Assembly: GCA_963772945.1 (NCBI GenBank)
Contig: CAVYZJ010000005.1
Span: forward strand, 674,596 to 714,595
Direction: 5' to 3'
Source of the DNA: an uncultured Thermoleophilaceae bacterium
GTDB taxonomy: Bacteria > Actinomycetota > Thermoleophilia > Solirubrobacterales > Thermoleophilaceae
DNA: 40,000 nucleotides
The position numbers and the translations under genes were made by a program. Within the stretch, counting starts at the first letter, position 1, and each line of letters starts with the position of its first letter. Below the pieces are notes generated by a model. That model did not search any database. It worked only from the letters and a program-made list of their open reading frames with translations, and was not told where the DNA came from. Shown one piece after another: positions 7,482 to 16,281 of the stretch.

Positions 7482-9131
7482 ATGCTGCGCATCGCGCAGG
7501 GGCGTGTCTACGACCCCGCCAACGGAGTCGACGGCGACGTGCGCGACGTCTGCCTCGACGGCGGCAGGGTGGTCTCGGAGCTGCCGTCGCACGCCCCGCG
7601 CATCGATGCCCGCGGCATGGTCGTGATGCCGGGCGGGGTGGACATCCACTCCCACATCGCCGGGCCGAAGGTCAACGCGGCACGCAAGCTCACGCCCGAG
7701 GAGCACCGGGGGGACGTGCTCGACCGCACGGCGATCATGCGCTCGGGAACCGGCGGAACGGTGCCGTCGACCTTTGTGACGGGCTACCGCTACGCGCTCC
7801 TGGGCTACACCACCGTCGTTGACGCCGCCACCCCGCCGCTTGCTGCGCGCCACACGCTCGCCGAGCTGCGCGATACGCCGATCATCGACGCGGCGTTCCT
7901 CGTGCTGATGGGCAACAACCTGCCGATGTTCGAGCTCATCCGCGATGGCGGAAGCGGCTCGGTGACCGAGGCGGTGGCCTGGTGGCTGGAGGCGACCGCG
8001 GGCTACGGCGTCAAGCTCGTCAACCCGGGCGGGGTCGAGATGTGGAAGCACGGAAACCGCAACGTGACGTCGCTCGACGACGAGGTGGAGGGGCTGGGCG
8101 TCACGCCGCGCCGGGTGATAGAGGCGATCGCCACGTCCGTGGACGAGTTGGGTCTCCCACACCCCGTCCACGTCCACTGCAACAACCTCGGCGTGTCGGG
8201 CAACGTCCGCACCACCTTGGACACGCTCGACGCGCTGGAGGGCAGGCGGGCGCACCTCGCCCACCTCCAGTTCCACGCCTACGGCGGGACGCCGGGCAAG
8301 CGCCCCCGCTCGCGTGCGCCGGAGCTGGCCGAGCACCTCGACGCACACCCGGAGCACAGCGCCGACATCGGCCAGGTGATGTTCGGGCCCGCGACGACGA
8401 TGACCGCCGACGCCCCCGTCTCCGCACTGCTCCGCGAGGTCACCGGCGGCAAGTGGGTGAACGCCGACCTCGAGGCGGAGACCGGCTGCGGGATAGTGCC
8501 CCTCGCCTACCGCGAGAAGAACTACGTCCATGCGCTGCAGTGGGCCATCGGCCTGGAGCTTTTCCTGCTCAGCCGCGATCCCTGGCGGGTCGTGCTCTCC
8601 ACCGACCATCCCAACGGCGGCTCCTTTCTGAGCTATCCGCGGCTCATCCGCCTGCTGATGGATCGCGAGTTCCGAAACGAGCAGATCGGGCGCGTCAACC
8701 AGAAGGCGATCCGCCGCACGGTGCTCAAGGACGACCTCGAGCGCGAGTACACGCTCGGGGAGATCGCGATCATCACCCGCGCCGGACCCGCCAGGCTGCT
8801 CGGGCTGGCCGGCAAGGGCCACCTCGGCGTCGGCGCTGACGCGGACGTGACGGTCTATGCCGAACACGAGGACCGCGAGCAGATGTTCGCCACCCCGCGT
8901 TACGTCATCAAGGGCGGGCGGGTGATCGTCGAGGAGGGTGAGCTGCGCGAGGCTCCTGCCGGGGATCTCCTCCGCGTAGGGGCGGAACACGACCAGGAGA
9001 TCGAGCGCACCCTGCGACCCCTGTTCGAGGAGCACTACAGCGTGCAGCTCGCGAACTACCCGGTGCACGAGCAGTGGCTGCTGGAGCCCGCCCGCAGGAT
9101 CTCCGCCGGGCGCAACGGGAGCGGCCGATGA
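7482..9131 (+). CDS. fhcA: Formyltransferase/hydrolase complex subunit A (amidohydrolase-fold, FwdA homologue)
   Basis: The 549-aa protein has the metal-binding motif GGVDIHSHIAGPKVN and segments HVHCNNLG and LSTDHPNGG, typical of FwdA/FhcA. ATG 7482 lies 6 nt after the fhcB stop. Confidence 0.9.
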   Translation: MLRIAQGRVYDPANGVDGDVRDVCLDGGRVVSELPSHAPRIDARGMVVMPGGVDIHSHIAGPKVNAARKLTPEEHRGDVLDRTAIMRSGTGGTVPSTFVTGYRYALLGYTTVVDAATPPLAARHTLAELRDTPIIDAAFLVLMGNNLPMFELIRDGGSGSVTEAVAWWLEATAGYGVKLVNPGGVEMWKHGNRNVTSLDDEVEGLGVTPRRVIEAIATSVDELGLPHPVHVHCNNLGVSGNVRTTLDTLDALEGRRAHLAHLQFHAYGGTPGKRPRSRAPELAEHLDAHPEHSADIGQVMFGPATTMTADAPVSALLREVTGGKWVNADLEAETGCGIVPLAYREKNYVHALQWAIGLELFLLSRDPWRVVLSTDHPNGGSFLSYPRLIRLLMDREFRNEQIGRVNQKAIRRTVLKDDLEREYTLGEIAIITRAGPARLLGLAGKGHLGVGADADVTVYAEHEDREQMFATPRYVIKGGRVIVEEGELREAPAGDLLRVGAEHDQEIERTLRPLFEEHYSVQLANYPVHEQWLLEPARRISAGRNGSGR

Positions 9132-10030
9132 GGCTGGGTGACACCGAGGTCGTCGACACCTTCGCCGAGGCCTTCCCGATGTGGGGAGCGCGGATCATCA
9201 TCACCGCGGAGACGCCCGCCTGGGCGCACGAGGCCGCGCGCTCGCTCACCGGCTTCGCCACGTCGGTGATCGGCTGCAAGTGCGAGGCCGGCATCGAGCG
9301 CGAGCTCGATTCCGCCGAGACGCCCGACGGCCGGCCCGGCGCCAGCGCGCTGCTCTTCGCCAACGATCGCGAGGGGCTCGCCAAGCGGCTCGTGGAGCGC
9401 GTCGGCCAGAGCGTGCTGACCTGCCCGACAACGGCCTGCTTCAGCGGGCTGGACACCGACGAGACCGTCGACGTCGGCGGCCAGCTGCGCTTCTTCGGCG
9501 ACGGCTACCAGGCCAGCAAGCTGCTCGATGGGCGCCGCTACTGGCGCGTGCCGGTGATGGAGGGCGAGTTCCTGGTCGAGGAGCGCTTCGCCGTCGCCGA
9601 GGGAGTGGCCGGCGGCAACATCATCATTCTCGGCCACGACGCCGCCGGAACACTGCGGGCGGCGGAAGCGGCGGCCGCCGCGATGCGCAGCGTGCGCGAC
9701 GTGATCCTGCCCTTCCCGGGCGGTATCGCGCGCAGCGGCAGCAAGGTCGGCTCCCGCTACAGCGGCTTGATGGCCTCGACCAACGAGGCGCTGTGCCCCA
9801 CCCTGCGGGCTCAGGTCCCGCACACCGACGTGCCGCCGGACGTGGGCTCGGTGCTGGAGATCGTGATCGACGGCCTGACCCTCGAGGCCGTGAGCGACGC
9901 CATGGCGACAGGCCTCGAGGCCGCCGTCGAGGCGGGGGCCAGTGGTGTGACCGCCGGCAACTACGGAGGCGACCTTGGGCCGCACCACATCGAGCTGCGG
10001 GACCTCGTTCCCGGCCTGCGAGACCAATGA
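9128..10030 (+). CDS. fhcD: Formylmethanofuran:tetrahydromethanopterin N-formyltransferase (Ftr / Fhc subunit D)
   Basis: Ftr segments are DTFAEAFPMWGARIIITA, GFATSVIGCKCEAGIE and GGNIIILG. ATG 9128 overlaps the fhcA stop (ATGA). The track ORF start 9074 was trimmed. Confidence 0.9.
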   Translation: MRLGDTEVVDTFAEAFPMWGARIIITAETPAWAHEAARSLTGFATSVIGCKCEAGIERELDSAETPDGRPGASALLFANDREGLAKRLVERVGQSVLTCPTTACFSGLDTDETVDVGGQLRFFGDGYQASKLLDGRRYWRVPVMEGEFLVEERFAVAEGVAGGNIIILGHDAAGTLRAAEAAAAAMRSVRDVILPFPGGIARSGSKVGSRYSGLMASTNEALCPTLRAQVPHTDVPPDVGSVLEIVIDGLTLEAVSDAMATGLEAAVEAGASGVTAGNYGGDLGPHHIELRDLVPGLRDQ

Positions 10031-10842
10031 CGCTGACTCTGACGCTGCGCGAGCCGCCGGCCGTGCCGCTCGAGACGGAGGGCCTCACCCCGGACCGGCT
10101 GGCCGGCCTTCGCCGGGGGGAGATCGAGGCTATCGGTGTCTGGCACGGCAACCGCCGGGCGCAGCTGACCGACTTCTTCGCGGTGTCGGGCGACGGCGAC
10201 GAGGAGCTGCGGGTTGAGGGCGACCTGCGGCGCGTGAAGTTCCTCGGGGCGGGCATGACCGCCGGCCGGCTCACGGTGGCGGGCGATGCGGGGATGCACA
10301 CCGGCTCGGAGATGCGCGGAGGCGAGCTGGTGGTCGAGGGTGACGTCGGCGACTTCGCGGGCACGGCCATGCGTGATGGCCGGCTCGTGGTGCGAGGCTC
10401 CACCGGCCACCACCTCGGCGGGGCGCATCCGGGCGAGCGCACCGGGATGCGTGGCGGCGAGATCCTCGTGCACGGGGACGCCGGCGACCAGGTGGGAGCA
10501 GGCCTCCGGCGCGGGCTGATCGCCGTCGCGGGACGCGTCGGCGAGGGCGCCGGGCTGCGCATGCTGGCGGGCACGATCGTCGCTCTGGGGGAGCTGGGCG
10601 CCCGGCCGGGCGCGGCCATGCGGCGAGGCACGATCGTGGCGATGTCGCAGGCCACGCTGCTGCCCACCTTCGGCTTCGCGTGCACGTACCGGCCGCCCTT
10701 CCTCCGGCTGTACCTTCGCCACCTGCGCGAGCTGGGCCTGCCTCTGACCGACGAGCAGATTGGGGGCCGTTACGCGCGCTGGTGCGGAGACGGACTCGAG
10801 CTCCGGCGGGGTGAGATCCTGATTCTCGAGGCCGGCGAGTGA
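10027..10842 (+). CDS. fhcC: Formyltransferase/hydrolase complex subunit C (FwdC homologue, beta-helix repeats)
   Basis: Gly-rich beta-helix repeats are present (MRGGELVVEGDVGDFAG, MRDGRLVVRGSTG, MRGGEILVHGDAGDQVG, LRRGLIAVAG). ATG 10027 overlaps the fhcD stop (ATGA). The long track ORF 9181..10842 is this frame read through fhcD out of frame. Confidence 0.9.
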   Translation: MTLTLTLREPPAVPLETEGLTPDRLAGLRRGEIEAIGVWHGNRRAQLTDFFAVSGDGDEELRVEGDLRRVKFLGAGMTAGRLTVAGDAGMHTGSEMRGGELVVEGDVGDFAGTAMRDGRLVVRGSTGHHLGGAHPGERTGMRGGEILVHGDAGDQVGAGLRRGLIAVAGRVGEGAGLRMLAGTIVALGELGARPGAAMRRGTIVAMSQATLLPTFGFACTYRPPFLRLYLRHLRELGLPLTDEQIGGRYARWCGDGLELRRGEILILEAGE

Positions 10843-12923
10843 GCACCCTCGCGGCCCGTCTCGAGCGTGCCGCCTACGGTCTCGAGTAGCGGGCGGGCCT
10901 TCAGGAGCATCTCCTCCAGCTCGGCCTCGGGGTCCGACGCCGCGACGATCGCCCCGCCCGCGCCGATGGCGAGGCCGTCCGGGGAAGCCACGAGGGTGCG
11001 GATCACGACGCTGAAGTCGGCGGTGCCGTTGACGGCGAGGAACCCCAGGGCGCCGGAGTAGACGCCGCGGGGACGGCCCTCGATCCGGTCGATGATCTCC
11101 AGCGTGCGCAGCTTCGGCGCGCCCGTCATCGAGCCGGGGGGGAAGGCCGCGCGCACGGCGTCAATCGCGTCCGACCCCTCGCGCAGGCGGCCGCGGACGA
11201 CGGTGACCATCTGGTGGACCGTCGCGTACGGCTCCACGACCATCAGGGCGGGGACTTCCACCGTGCCGAGTGATGAGACCCGGCCGAGGTCGTTGCGCAC
11301 CAGGTCGGCAATCATCAGGTTCTCGGCGCGTGTCTTCTTGTCGCGGCGGAGCTCGGCCGCCCGGCAGGCGTCCTCGAACGGCTCAGCCACCCGGGCCGCG
11401 GTCCCCTTCATGGGCCGCGACTCCACGACATGGTGGCGGTCGACACACAGAAAGCGCTCCGGCGAGGAGCTGAGCACCGAGACCTCGCCGAGCCGCAGCA
11501 GCGCAGCGAAAGGTGCCGGGTTGCGCGTTCTCAATGCACGGTAGGCCGCCCAGGGGTCGAACCTTTCCTCGCTGCGCAGCTCGGTAGTCAGGCAGACCTC
11601 GTAGGTTTCGCCCTCGACTATCTCGCTCCGACAGGCGGCGATGTTGGCCAGGTACGCCTCCGGGGACTCACGGGGCTCGAAGCGCAGCGTGCCGGGCGGC
11701 GCCGGGGGCGGTGGCAGCGGCGGCGGCTCGCGCGCGATCGCGCGCAGTCGCTCCTCGGTCGCGGCCAGCCAAGTGTCGGCCGCCTCCGCGCCGGCGGAGT
11801 CCGCGAGCGCGAGCAGATAGACGTGACGCTCGCCGTGGTCAAAGGCGATCAGCCGGTCGCAGAACACGAGCGTCGCGTCCGGCATTGGCGAGACGTGCTC
11901 CGGCCGGCCGCCGCACTCGGCCTTGAGCTCGTATCCGAGGTAGCCGGCGAAGCCGCAGGTGAAGTCGAAGGGAAGCTCCGGAGCGTCGGCGCGCAGGCGC
12001 GCGAGCTCGTCTCGGCAATAGTCGAGCACGCTCGCCGTTCGCGCCTCCTGGCCCGACTCGCGGTCGATGACTAGGGTCCGCTCCTCGACGTCGTAGCGCA
12101 CCACCTGGCCGAGCGGGCCGTCGGGCCCGCCGATGAACGAGAAGCGGCCCACGCCCGGATCCGGGCGCGCGCTGTCGAGCCAGACCGCGTGCTCGCGGCT
12201 GGTGTAGAGCGCGCCGAACACCGCCTCGGGCTCGCACCAGCTCTCCAGCCGGCGATGGTGGATGCGCGCACCTACGGGCACGGCGGGCCGTGCCCGGTGC
12301 TGACGCTTGGCGGGCCGTCGCGCGGCAGGCGCGCTCCGGACGCGGGTGAGGTCGCGGAAGTTCTCCAGCAGGCGGCGGCCATGCCGGGTGCTCACCGACT
12401 CGGGATGGAACTGCACGCCGAACAGGGGGCGCGCGCGGTGTTCCAGGCCCATGATCACCCCGTCGGGCGTCCAGGCGCTGACCCTCAGCTCCGCGGGCAC
12501 AGCACCGACCACCAGCGAGTGGTAGCGCACGGCGAGAAAGCCCTGCGGGATCCCGACGAAGAGCGAGCCGCCGTCATGGTGGATCGGGCTCAGGCGGCCG
12601 TGCATGACCTCCTCGGCGTGTTCGACCGTGCCGCCGGTTACGTGGGCGAGAGCCTGATGGCCCAGACAGACGCCGAGCACCGGCACGTCGGCGCGGCAGA
12701 GCGCGTCCAGGGAGACTCCGACGTCGCGCGCGTGCTCCGGCCGGCCCGGGCCCGGTGAGATGACCACGTTGTCGGCGCCCAGGCCGGCGAGCTCTTCCCA
12801 CGGAAGCTCGTCGTTGCGCACGACCACGGGCTCGCTGTCGTTGACCTCCCCGAGCAGATGGAAGAGGTTGAATGTGTACGAGTCGTAGTTGTCGATCAGA
12901 AGCGTGCGCATCCCGGCCCACAT
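10770..12923 (-). CDS. pabB: Fused aminodeoxychorismate synthase PabA-PabB (glutamine amidotransferase + chorismate-binding component)
   Basis: The N-terminal GATase has LLIDNYDSYTFNL, the GVCLGHQAL catalytic Cys and FGVQFHPES. The C-terminal chorismate-utilising domain has SSSPERFL, PMKGTAAR, GSMTGAPK and RGVYSGALGF. The start is ATG 12923 (MWAGMRTLL) or ATG 12911. The upstream 338 codons of the track ORF are antisense read-through. Confidence 0.85.
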   Translation of the reverse strand: MWAGMRTLLIDNYDSYTFNLFHLLGEVNDSEPVVVRNDELPWEELAGLGADNVVISPGPGRPEHARDVGVSLDALCRADVPVLGVCLGHQALAHVTGGTVEHAEEVMHGRLSPIHHDGGSLFVGIPQGFLAVRYHSLVVGAVPAELRVSAWTPDGVIMGLEHRARPLFGVQFHPESVSTRHGRRLLENFRDLTRVRSAPAARRPAKRQHRARPAVPVGARIHHRRLESWCEPEAVFGALYTSREHAVWLDSARPDPGVGRFSFIGGPDGPLGQVVRYDVEERTLVIDRESGQEARTASVLDYCRDELARLRADAPELPFDFTCGFAGYLGYELKAECGGRPEHVSPMPDATLVFCDRLIAFDHGERHVYLLALADSAGAEAADTWLAATEERLRAIAREPPPLPPPPAPPGTLRFEPRESPEAYLANIAACRSEIVEGETYEVCLTTELRSEERFDPWAAYRALRTRNPAPFAALLRLGEVSVLSSSPERFLCVDRHHVVESRPMKGTAARVAEPFEDACRAAELRRDKKTRAENLMIADLVRNDLGRVSSLGTVEVPALMVVEPYATVHQMVTVVRGRLREGSDAIDAVRAAFPPGSMTGAPKLRTLEIIDRIEGRPRGVYSGALGFLAVNGTADFSVVIRTLVASPDGLAIGAGGAIVAASDPEAELEEMLLKARPLLETVGGTLETGREGAHSPASRIRISPRRSSSPSPHQRA

Positions 12924-12944
12924 TGTCGCGCCCCCAGGACGTCG

Positions 12945-13832
12945 GTGAGCAGCCGGCGGCTGCGGGTCGCGGTTTTGGGCTCCACCGGCGGCTGGCATGC
13001 CGCTCGCCTCGAACGGGCGCTGACCGCGCGCGGCCACGAGTGCGCGTTCGCGCCCGTCACCCGAATGGTGGGCCGCATCGGAAGCGGACTCGGCGTGCGC
13101 TCGCGCGAGCTGGCCCTCGACGGCTGCGACATCGTGCTCGTACGCGGCATCCCGCGCGGGTCGCTCGAGCAGGTCGTCTTCCGGGTGGATGTGCTCCATG
13201 CGCTCGCGGCCGCCGGCGTGCGGGCGGTCAACAACGCGGACGCGATCGAGCGGACCGTCGACAAGTTTCTCGCCTCGAGCCTGCTGGCAAACGCCGGCCT
13301 GCCCACCCCGCGCACGATCGTCTGCGAGCGGGCCGCCGAAGCGCTGGAGGCGTACTCCGAGCTCGGCGGCGACGTGATCGTCAAGCCGCTGTTCGGCTCG
13401 ATGGGATCCGGCATCGTTCGCATCGAGCATCCCGACGTGGCGGAGCGGGTCTTTCGAGCGCTGGAGCTCGAGCGGGCCGTCTACTACCTCCAGGAGACCC
13501 TGCCGCACGCGGGCCGCGACGTTCGAGCGCTGGTTGTCGGCGATCGCGTGGTGGCCGCCGTCGAGCGGAGCGGCGAAGGCTGGCGCACGAACCTCGCGCG
13601 CGGCGGGCGGGCGAGCCCGGTGCGGCTTGACGCCCGACAGGAGCGCCTGTGTGTGCCGGCGGCGGCTGCCCTCGGTGCCGATTACGCCGGCGTCGACCTC
13701 CTTCGGACACCTGACGGGCGCGACTACGTGCTCGAGGTGAACGGCATCCCCGGCTGGCAGGGCGTGGAGCGTGCGACGGGGGTTGACGTGGCAGCCGCGC
13801 TTGCACAGCACCTGGAGACGGTCACCGGCTGA
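12945..13832 (+). CDS. mptN: RimK-type ATP-grasp ligase, tetrahydromethanopterin:alpha-L-glutamate ligase-like
   Basis: The RimK-family layout includes DIVLVRGIP, DKFLASSLLANAGLPTP, VIVKPLFGSMGSG, GEGWRTNLARGG, YAGVDLL and LEVNGIPGWQG. I prefer in-frame GTG 12945. The track start 12858 would overlap pabAB head-on. Confidence 0.8.
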   Translation: MSSRRLRVAVLGSTGGWHAARLERALTARGHECAFAPVTRMVGRIGSGLGVRSRELALDGCDIVLVRGIPRGSLEQVVFRVDVLHALAAAGVRAVNNADAIERTVDKFLASSLLANAGLPTPRTIVCERAAEALEAYSELGGDVIVKPLFGSMGSGIVRIEHPDVAERVFRALELERAVYYLQETLPHAGRDVRALVVGDRVVAAVERSGEGWRTNLARGGRASPVRLDARQERLCVPAAAALGADYAGVDLLRTPDGRDYVLEVNGIPGWQGVERATGVDVAAALAQHLETVTG

Positions 13833-14541
13833 GGTCCGTCGCCGCGATCGCCCCGCTGTGCAGGGCGGTGGCGACGAGCGCGCCGGCCGCGCCCACCTCG
13901 GCCAAGGCGTGCAGGTCCGAGGGGTCGCGAACGCCACCGCCGGCCAGCAGATCCAGCTCGGGAAAGCGGGCGCAGAGCTCGCCCATCAGCGCGAGGTCGG
14001 GGCCCGAGCCGGTCCCCACGCGCGCCAGGTCGAGAACGATCACCTCCCTCAGGCCCGAGTGGGCCAGTTGCGCTAGCGCCTCGGCCGCTCCGAGCCGAGC
14101 CAGTTCGGGGTCGGGCGAGAGGACGCGGCCCGCCCGGAGGTCGAGGCTGAGCACGAGCGGGGCATCGGGAAGCACGGCCCGCAGCCGAGCGAGAGCAGCT
14201 TGGCCCGGAAGCGTCTCGGTGCCGATCACGACCCGCGCCGCGCCCTGCTCGAGCAGCCGCCGAACCGCCGCGACCTCCGTGACGCCGGCATCGACCATCA
14301 CCCGCGCCTCGCGCGCCAGGTCGGCGACGAGCGCACGCTGCCCCGATCCGCCCGCGATCGCGTCCAGATCGGCGACGTAGAGCTCATCGAGTCCGAGGCT
14401 TTCGCGGACGGCGAGCGTGACCTGGACGGGGTGGGAGCCGGCACACAGCCTGCTGCGCAGAGGGCGATAGCGTTCGCGCTCCCCGCGCACGGCATGCACG
14501 GCGGCTCCGCTCTTGAGATCGATGACCGGGATCACTCGCAC
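13822..14541 (-). CDS. HisA/HisF-family (beta/alpha)8 barrel protein of the H4MPT-linked gene set; function unknown
   Basis: The HisA-like pattern is VIPVIDLKSGAAVHAVRG, ELYVADLDAIAGG, VVIGTETL, IVLDLARVGTGSGPD and LLAGGGVRD. GTG 14541 is preceded by GAGG 8 nt upstream (alternative GTG 14535). The upstream part of the 585-aa track ORF is antisense to the next gene. Confidence 0.75.
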   Translation of the reverse strand: MRVIPVIDLKSGAAVHAVRGERERYRPLRSRLCAGSHPVQVTLAVRESLGLDELYVADLDAIAGGSGQRALVADLAREARVMVDAGVTEVAAVRRLLEQGAARVVIGTETLPGQAALARLRAVLPDAPLVLSLDLRAGRVLSPDPELARLGAAEALAQLAHSGLREVIVLDLARVGTGSGPDLALMGELCARFPELDLLAGGGVRDPSDLHALAEVGAAGALVATALHSGAIAATDLSR

Positions 14542-14574
14542 TGTGGTCGCCTCGCTGCCCGGAGAGGCTCGCGC

Positions 14575-15591
14575 ATGGGCGGCGTGATCGGCCTCGACGT
14601 TGGGGGTGCCAACACGAAGGCGGTGTGGCGGAACGGGCGCGAGCGGCGCGCCGTCTCGCGACCGTTCGAGGTCTGGCGCGACCGTGAGGCACTTTCCGCC
14701 GTGCTCCGCGAGGTCGTGGCGGCAGTGGCGCCGGAGTCCGTGGACGCTGTGGCACTGACCACCACCGCTGAGCTCTCGGATGCCTTCCGCACCAAGCGGG
14801 AGGGGGTGGAGTTCGTGCTCGACGCCGCGGCTGCGGCGTTGGGCGACCGGCCGCTGCTGGCCTTCACGACCGCCGGCGAGCTGGTCTCCCTCGCGGAGGC
14901 GCGGCAGCGCGCGCCCGAGGTGGCGGCCGCCAACTGGTTGGCGGCCGCTCGCGCGATCGCCGGGGTGTACCCGGATGCCCTGATGGTCGACGTCGGCAGC
15001 ACCACCACCGACGTCGTTCCGATCGCGGGCGGCCAGGTCGCCGCCTACGGCCGCACCGACCTCGATCGCCTGCTGGCCGGCGAGCTCGTCTACACAGGCG
15101 CGCTTCGCACCAACCTCGCGGCGATCGCGCCCCGGGTGCCCGTGCGCGGCCGCGCGTGCGCGGTCGCCTCGGAGCTGTTCGCGATCAGTGCGGACGTGCA
15201 CCTGATACTCGGCCACCTCACGCCCGGCGCGTACACGTGCGCCACCCCGGACGGGCGGCCGGCGACGGTGGAGTTCGCGCGCGAGCGGGTGGCTCGGCTG
15301 GTGTGCGCCGATGCCGACCAGATTGCCGCGGAGGAGATCGATGCGATCGCCACGTTCGTGCACGGCGAGCAGGTGCACCAGATCGAGGAGGCGGCCGGCC
15401 GAGTGAGGGAGCGATTCGACGGCGACCCGTCTGTCGTCCCGCTGGGCGCTGGAGCGTTTCTCGCGCGCGAGGCTGCCGAGCGGCTGGGGCTTACGACCGT
15501 GGAGCTGCCGTGGAGCGCGGCCGAGCGGGACGCGGCGCCCGCCGCCGCGCTCGCCGAACTTCTGGCCGGGCGGCTCCACCCGCAGTGCTGA
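14575..15591 (+). CDS. Hydantoinase_A-like 'H4MPT-linked C1 transfer pathway protein', MfnF-like (methanofuran/methylofuran assembly)
   Basis: ASKHA/hydantoinase-like motifs are VIGLDVGGANTK and MVDVGSTTTDVVPI. SD GGAGAGG lies 7 nt upstream of ATG 14575. Equating this family with MfnF is from memory and should be verified. Confidence 0.7.
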   Translation: MGGVIGLDVGGANTKAVWRNGRERRAVSRPFEVWRDREALSAVLREVVAAVAPESVDAVALTTTAELSDAFRTKREGVEFVLDAAAAALGDRPLLAFTTAGELVSLAEARQRAPEVAAANWLAAARAIAGVYPDALMVDVGSTTTDVVPIAGGQVAAYGRTDLDRLLAGELVYTGALRTNLAAIAPRVPVRGRACAVASELFAISADVHLILGHLTPGAYTCATPDGRPATVEFARERVARLVCADADQIAAEEIDAIATFVHGEQVHQIEEAAGRVRERFDGDPSVVPLGAGAFLAREAAERLGLTTVELPWSAAERDAAPAAALAELLAGRLHPQC

Positions 15592-16256
15592 CCGTCGTCA
15601 AGCTCGGTGGTGGGGTCGCCCGCGAGGCGGGCGACGGCGCGCTGCGAACGCTGTGCCAAGCGATCGGCGACGCCGGCGCCCGCCACCCACTGCTCGTCGT
15701 GCCGGGCGGCGCGGCCTTCGCGGACGGGGTGCGCGAGCAGGATGGCCGCTTCGACCTCCGCGCGGCGACTTCCCACCGGATGGCGATCCTCGCGATGGAC
15801 CAGTTCGGCTGGCTGCTCTGCGACCTGATCCCCGGCTCGGTGCCGTGCACGGACCTCGCCGCCGCCCACGCGTGCCGCGGGACGCCGGTCCTGCTGCCCT
15901 CGGGCGTGCTGGCCGGGGATCCGCTGCCCGCCTCATGGGCCGTCACCTCCGACTCGATCGCTGCCTGGATCGCCGGTGAGGTTCGCCCCTCCCGCCTGGT
16001 GTTCGTCAAGCCGGTGGCCGGGCTCTACCGAGAATGGCCGGCGAACGGCAAGCCGCTCGCCCGCCTGAGCGTGGCCGAGCTCGCCGACCTGCGTGCAGCG
16101 GGCCGGGCCGCGGGCGTCGACGAGCACCTGCCGGAGGCGCTGCGCGCCGCAGGCGTGGAGGCGTGGGTGATCGACGGCCGGGAGCCGGGCCGGCTCGTGG
16201 CATTGCTCGAGCACGGCAGCACGCAGGGAACGCTGGTGCAACCGGAGCCGTGCTGA
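15585..16256 (+). CDS. Amino-acid-kinase-fold protein, MfnE-like (furan methyl-phosphate kinase candidate)
   Basis: The N-terminal motif VVKLGGGV and the segment LLVVPGGAAFAD match the Asp/Glu/uridylate kinase fold. GTG 15585 overlaps the stop of the upstream gene (GTGCTGA), implying coupling. The MfnE assignment is recalled, not tested. Confidence 0.65.
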   Translation: MLTVVKLGGGVAREAGDGALRTLCQAIGDAGARHPLLVVPGGAAFADGVREQDGRFDLRAATSHRMAILAMDQFGWLLCDLIPGSVPCTDLAAAHACRGTPVLLPSGVLAGDPLPASWAVTSDSIAAWIAGEVRPSRLVFVKPVAGLYREWPANGKPLARLSVAELADLRAAGRAAGVDEHLPEALRAAGVEAWVIDGREPGRLVALLEHGSTQGTLVQPEPC

Positions 16257-16281
16257 GTTGAGCACCGTATAGGTGTCAAAG

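Noticed and set aside
6486-9068. 860-aa ORF on the minus strand, the second-longest minus-strand ORF in this part of the window
   Set aside because: It is entirely antisense to fhcB and fhcA, which have clear family motifs. Its translation is Arg/Gly/Ala/Val/His-rich with no recognisable motif. Long stop-free antisense frames are expected in DNA this GC-rich.
6240-10842. Interpretation of the four-gene operon as a true molybdenum/tungsten formylmethanofuran dehydrogenase (FwdBADC, CO2-reducing)
   Set aside because: The operon includes the formyltransferase (Ftr/FhcD) in place of FwdD. It has no FwdE/F/G-type or pterin-cofactor genes nearby, and it sits with fae/mtd/mch. This matches the hydrolytic Fhc complex of aerobic methylotrophs. 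It cannot be fully excluded without checking the FhcB active-site Cys and pterin-binding residues.
12924-13937. N-terminal 338 codons of the 1055-aa ORF 10770..13937. Analogous upstream extensions occur in ORFs 13822..15579, 27584..30382, 9181..10842, 15156..16256, 21041..22291 and 38433..39935.
   Set aside because: In each case the recognisable domain begins at an internal start codon, often with an SD or a 4-nt overlap with the preceding gene. The upstream extension runs antisense or out of frame through a well-supported neighbouring gene.
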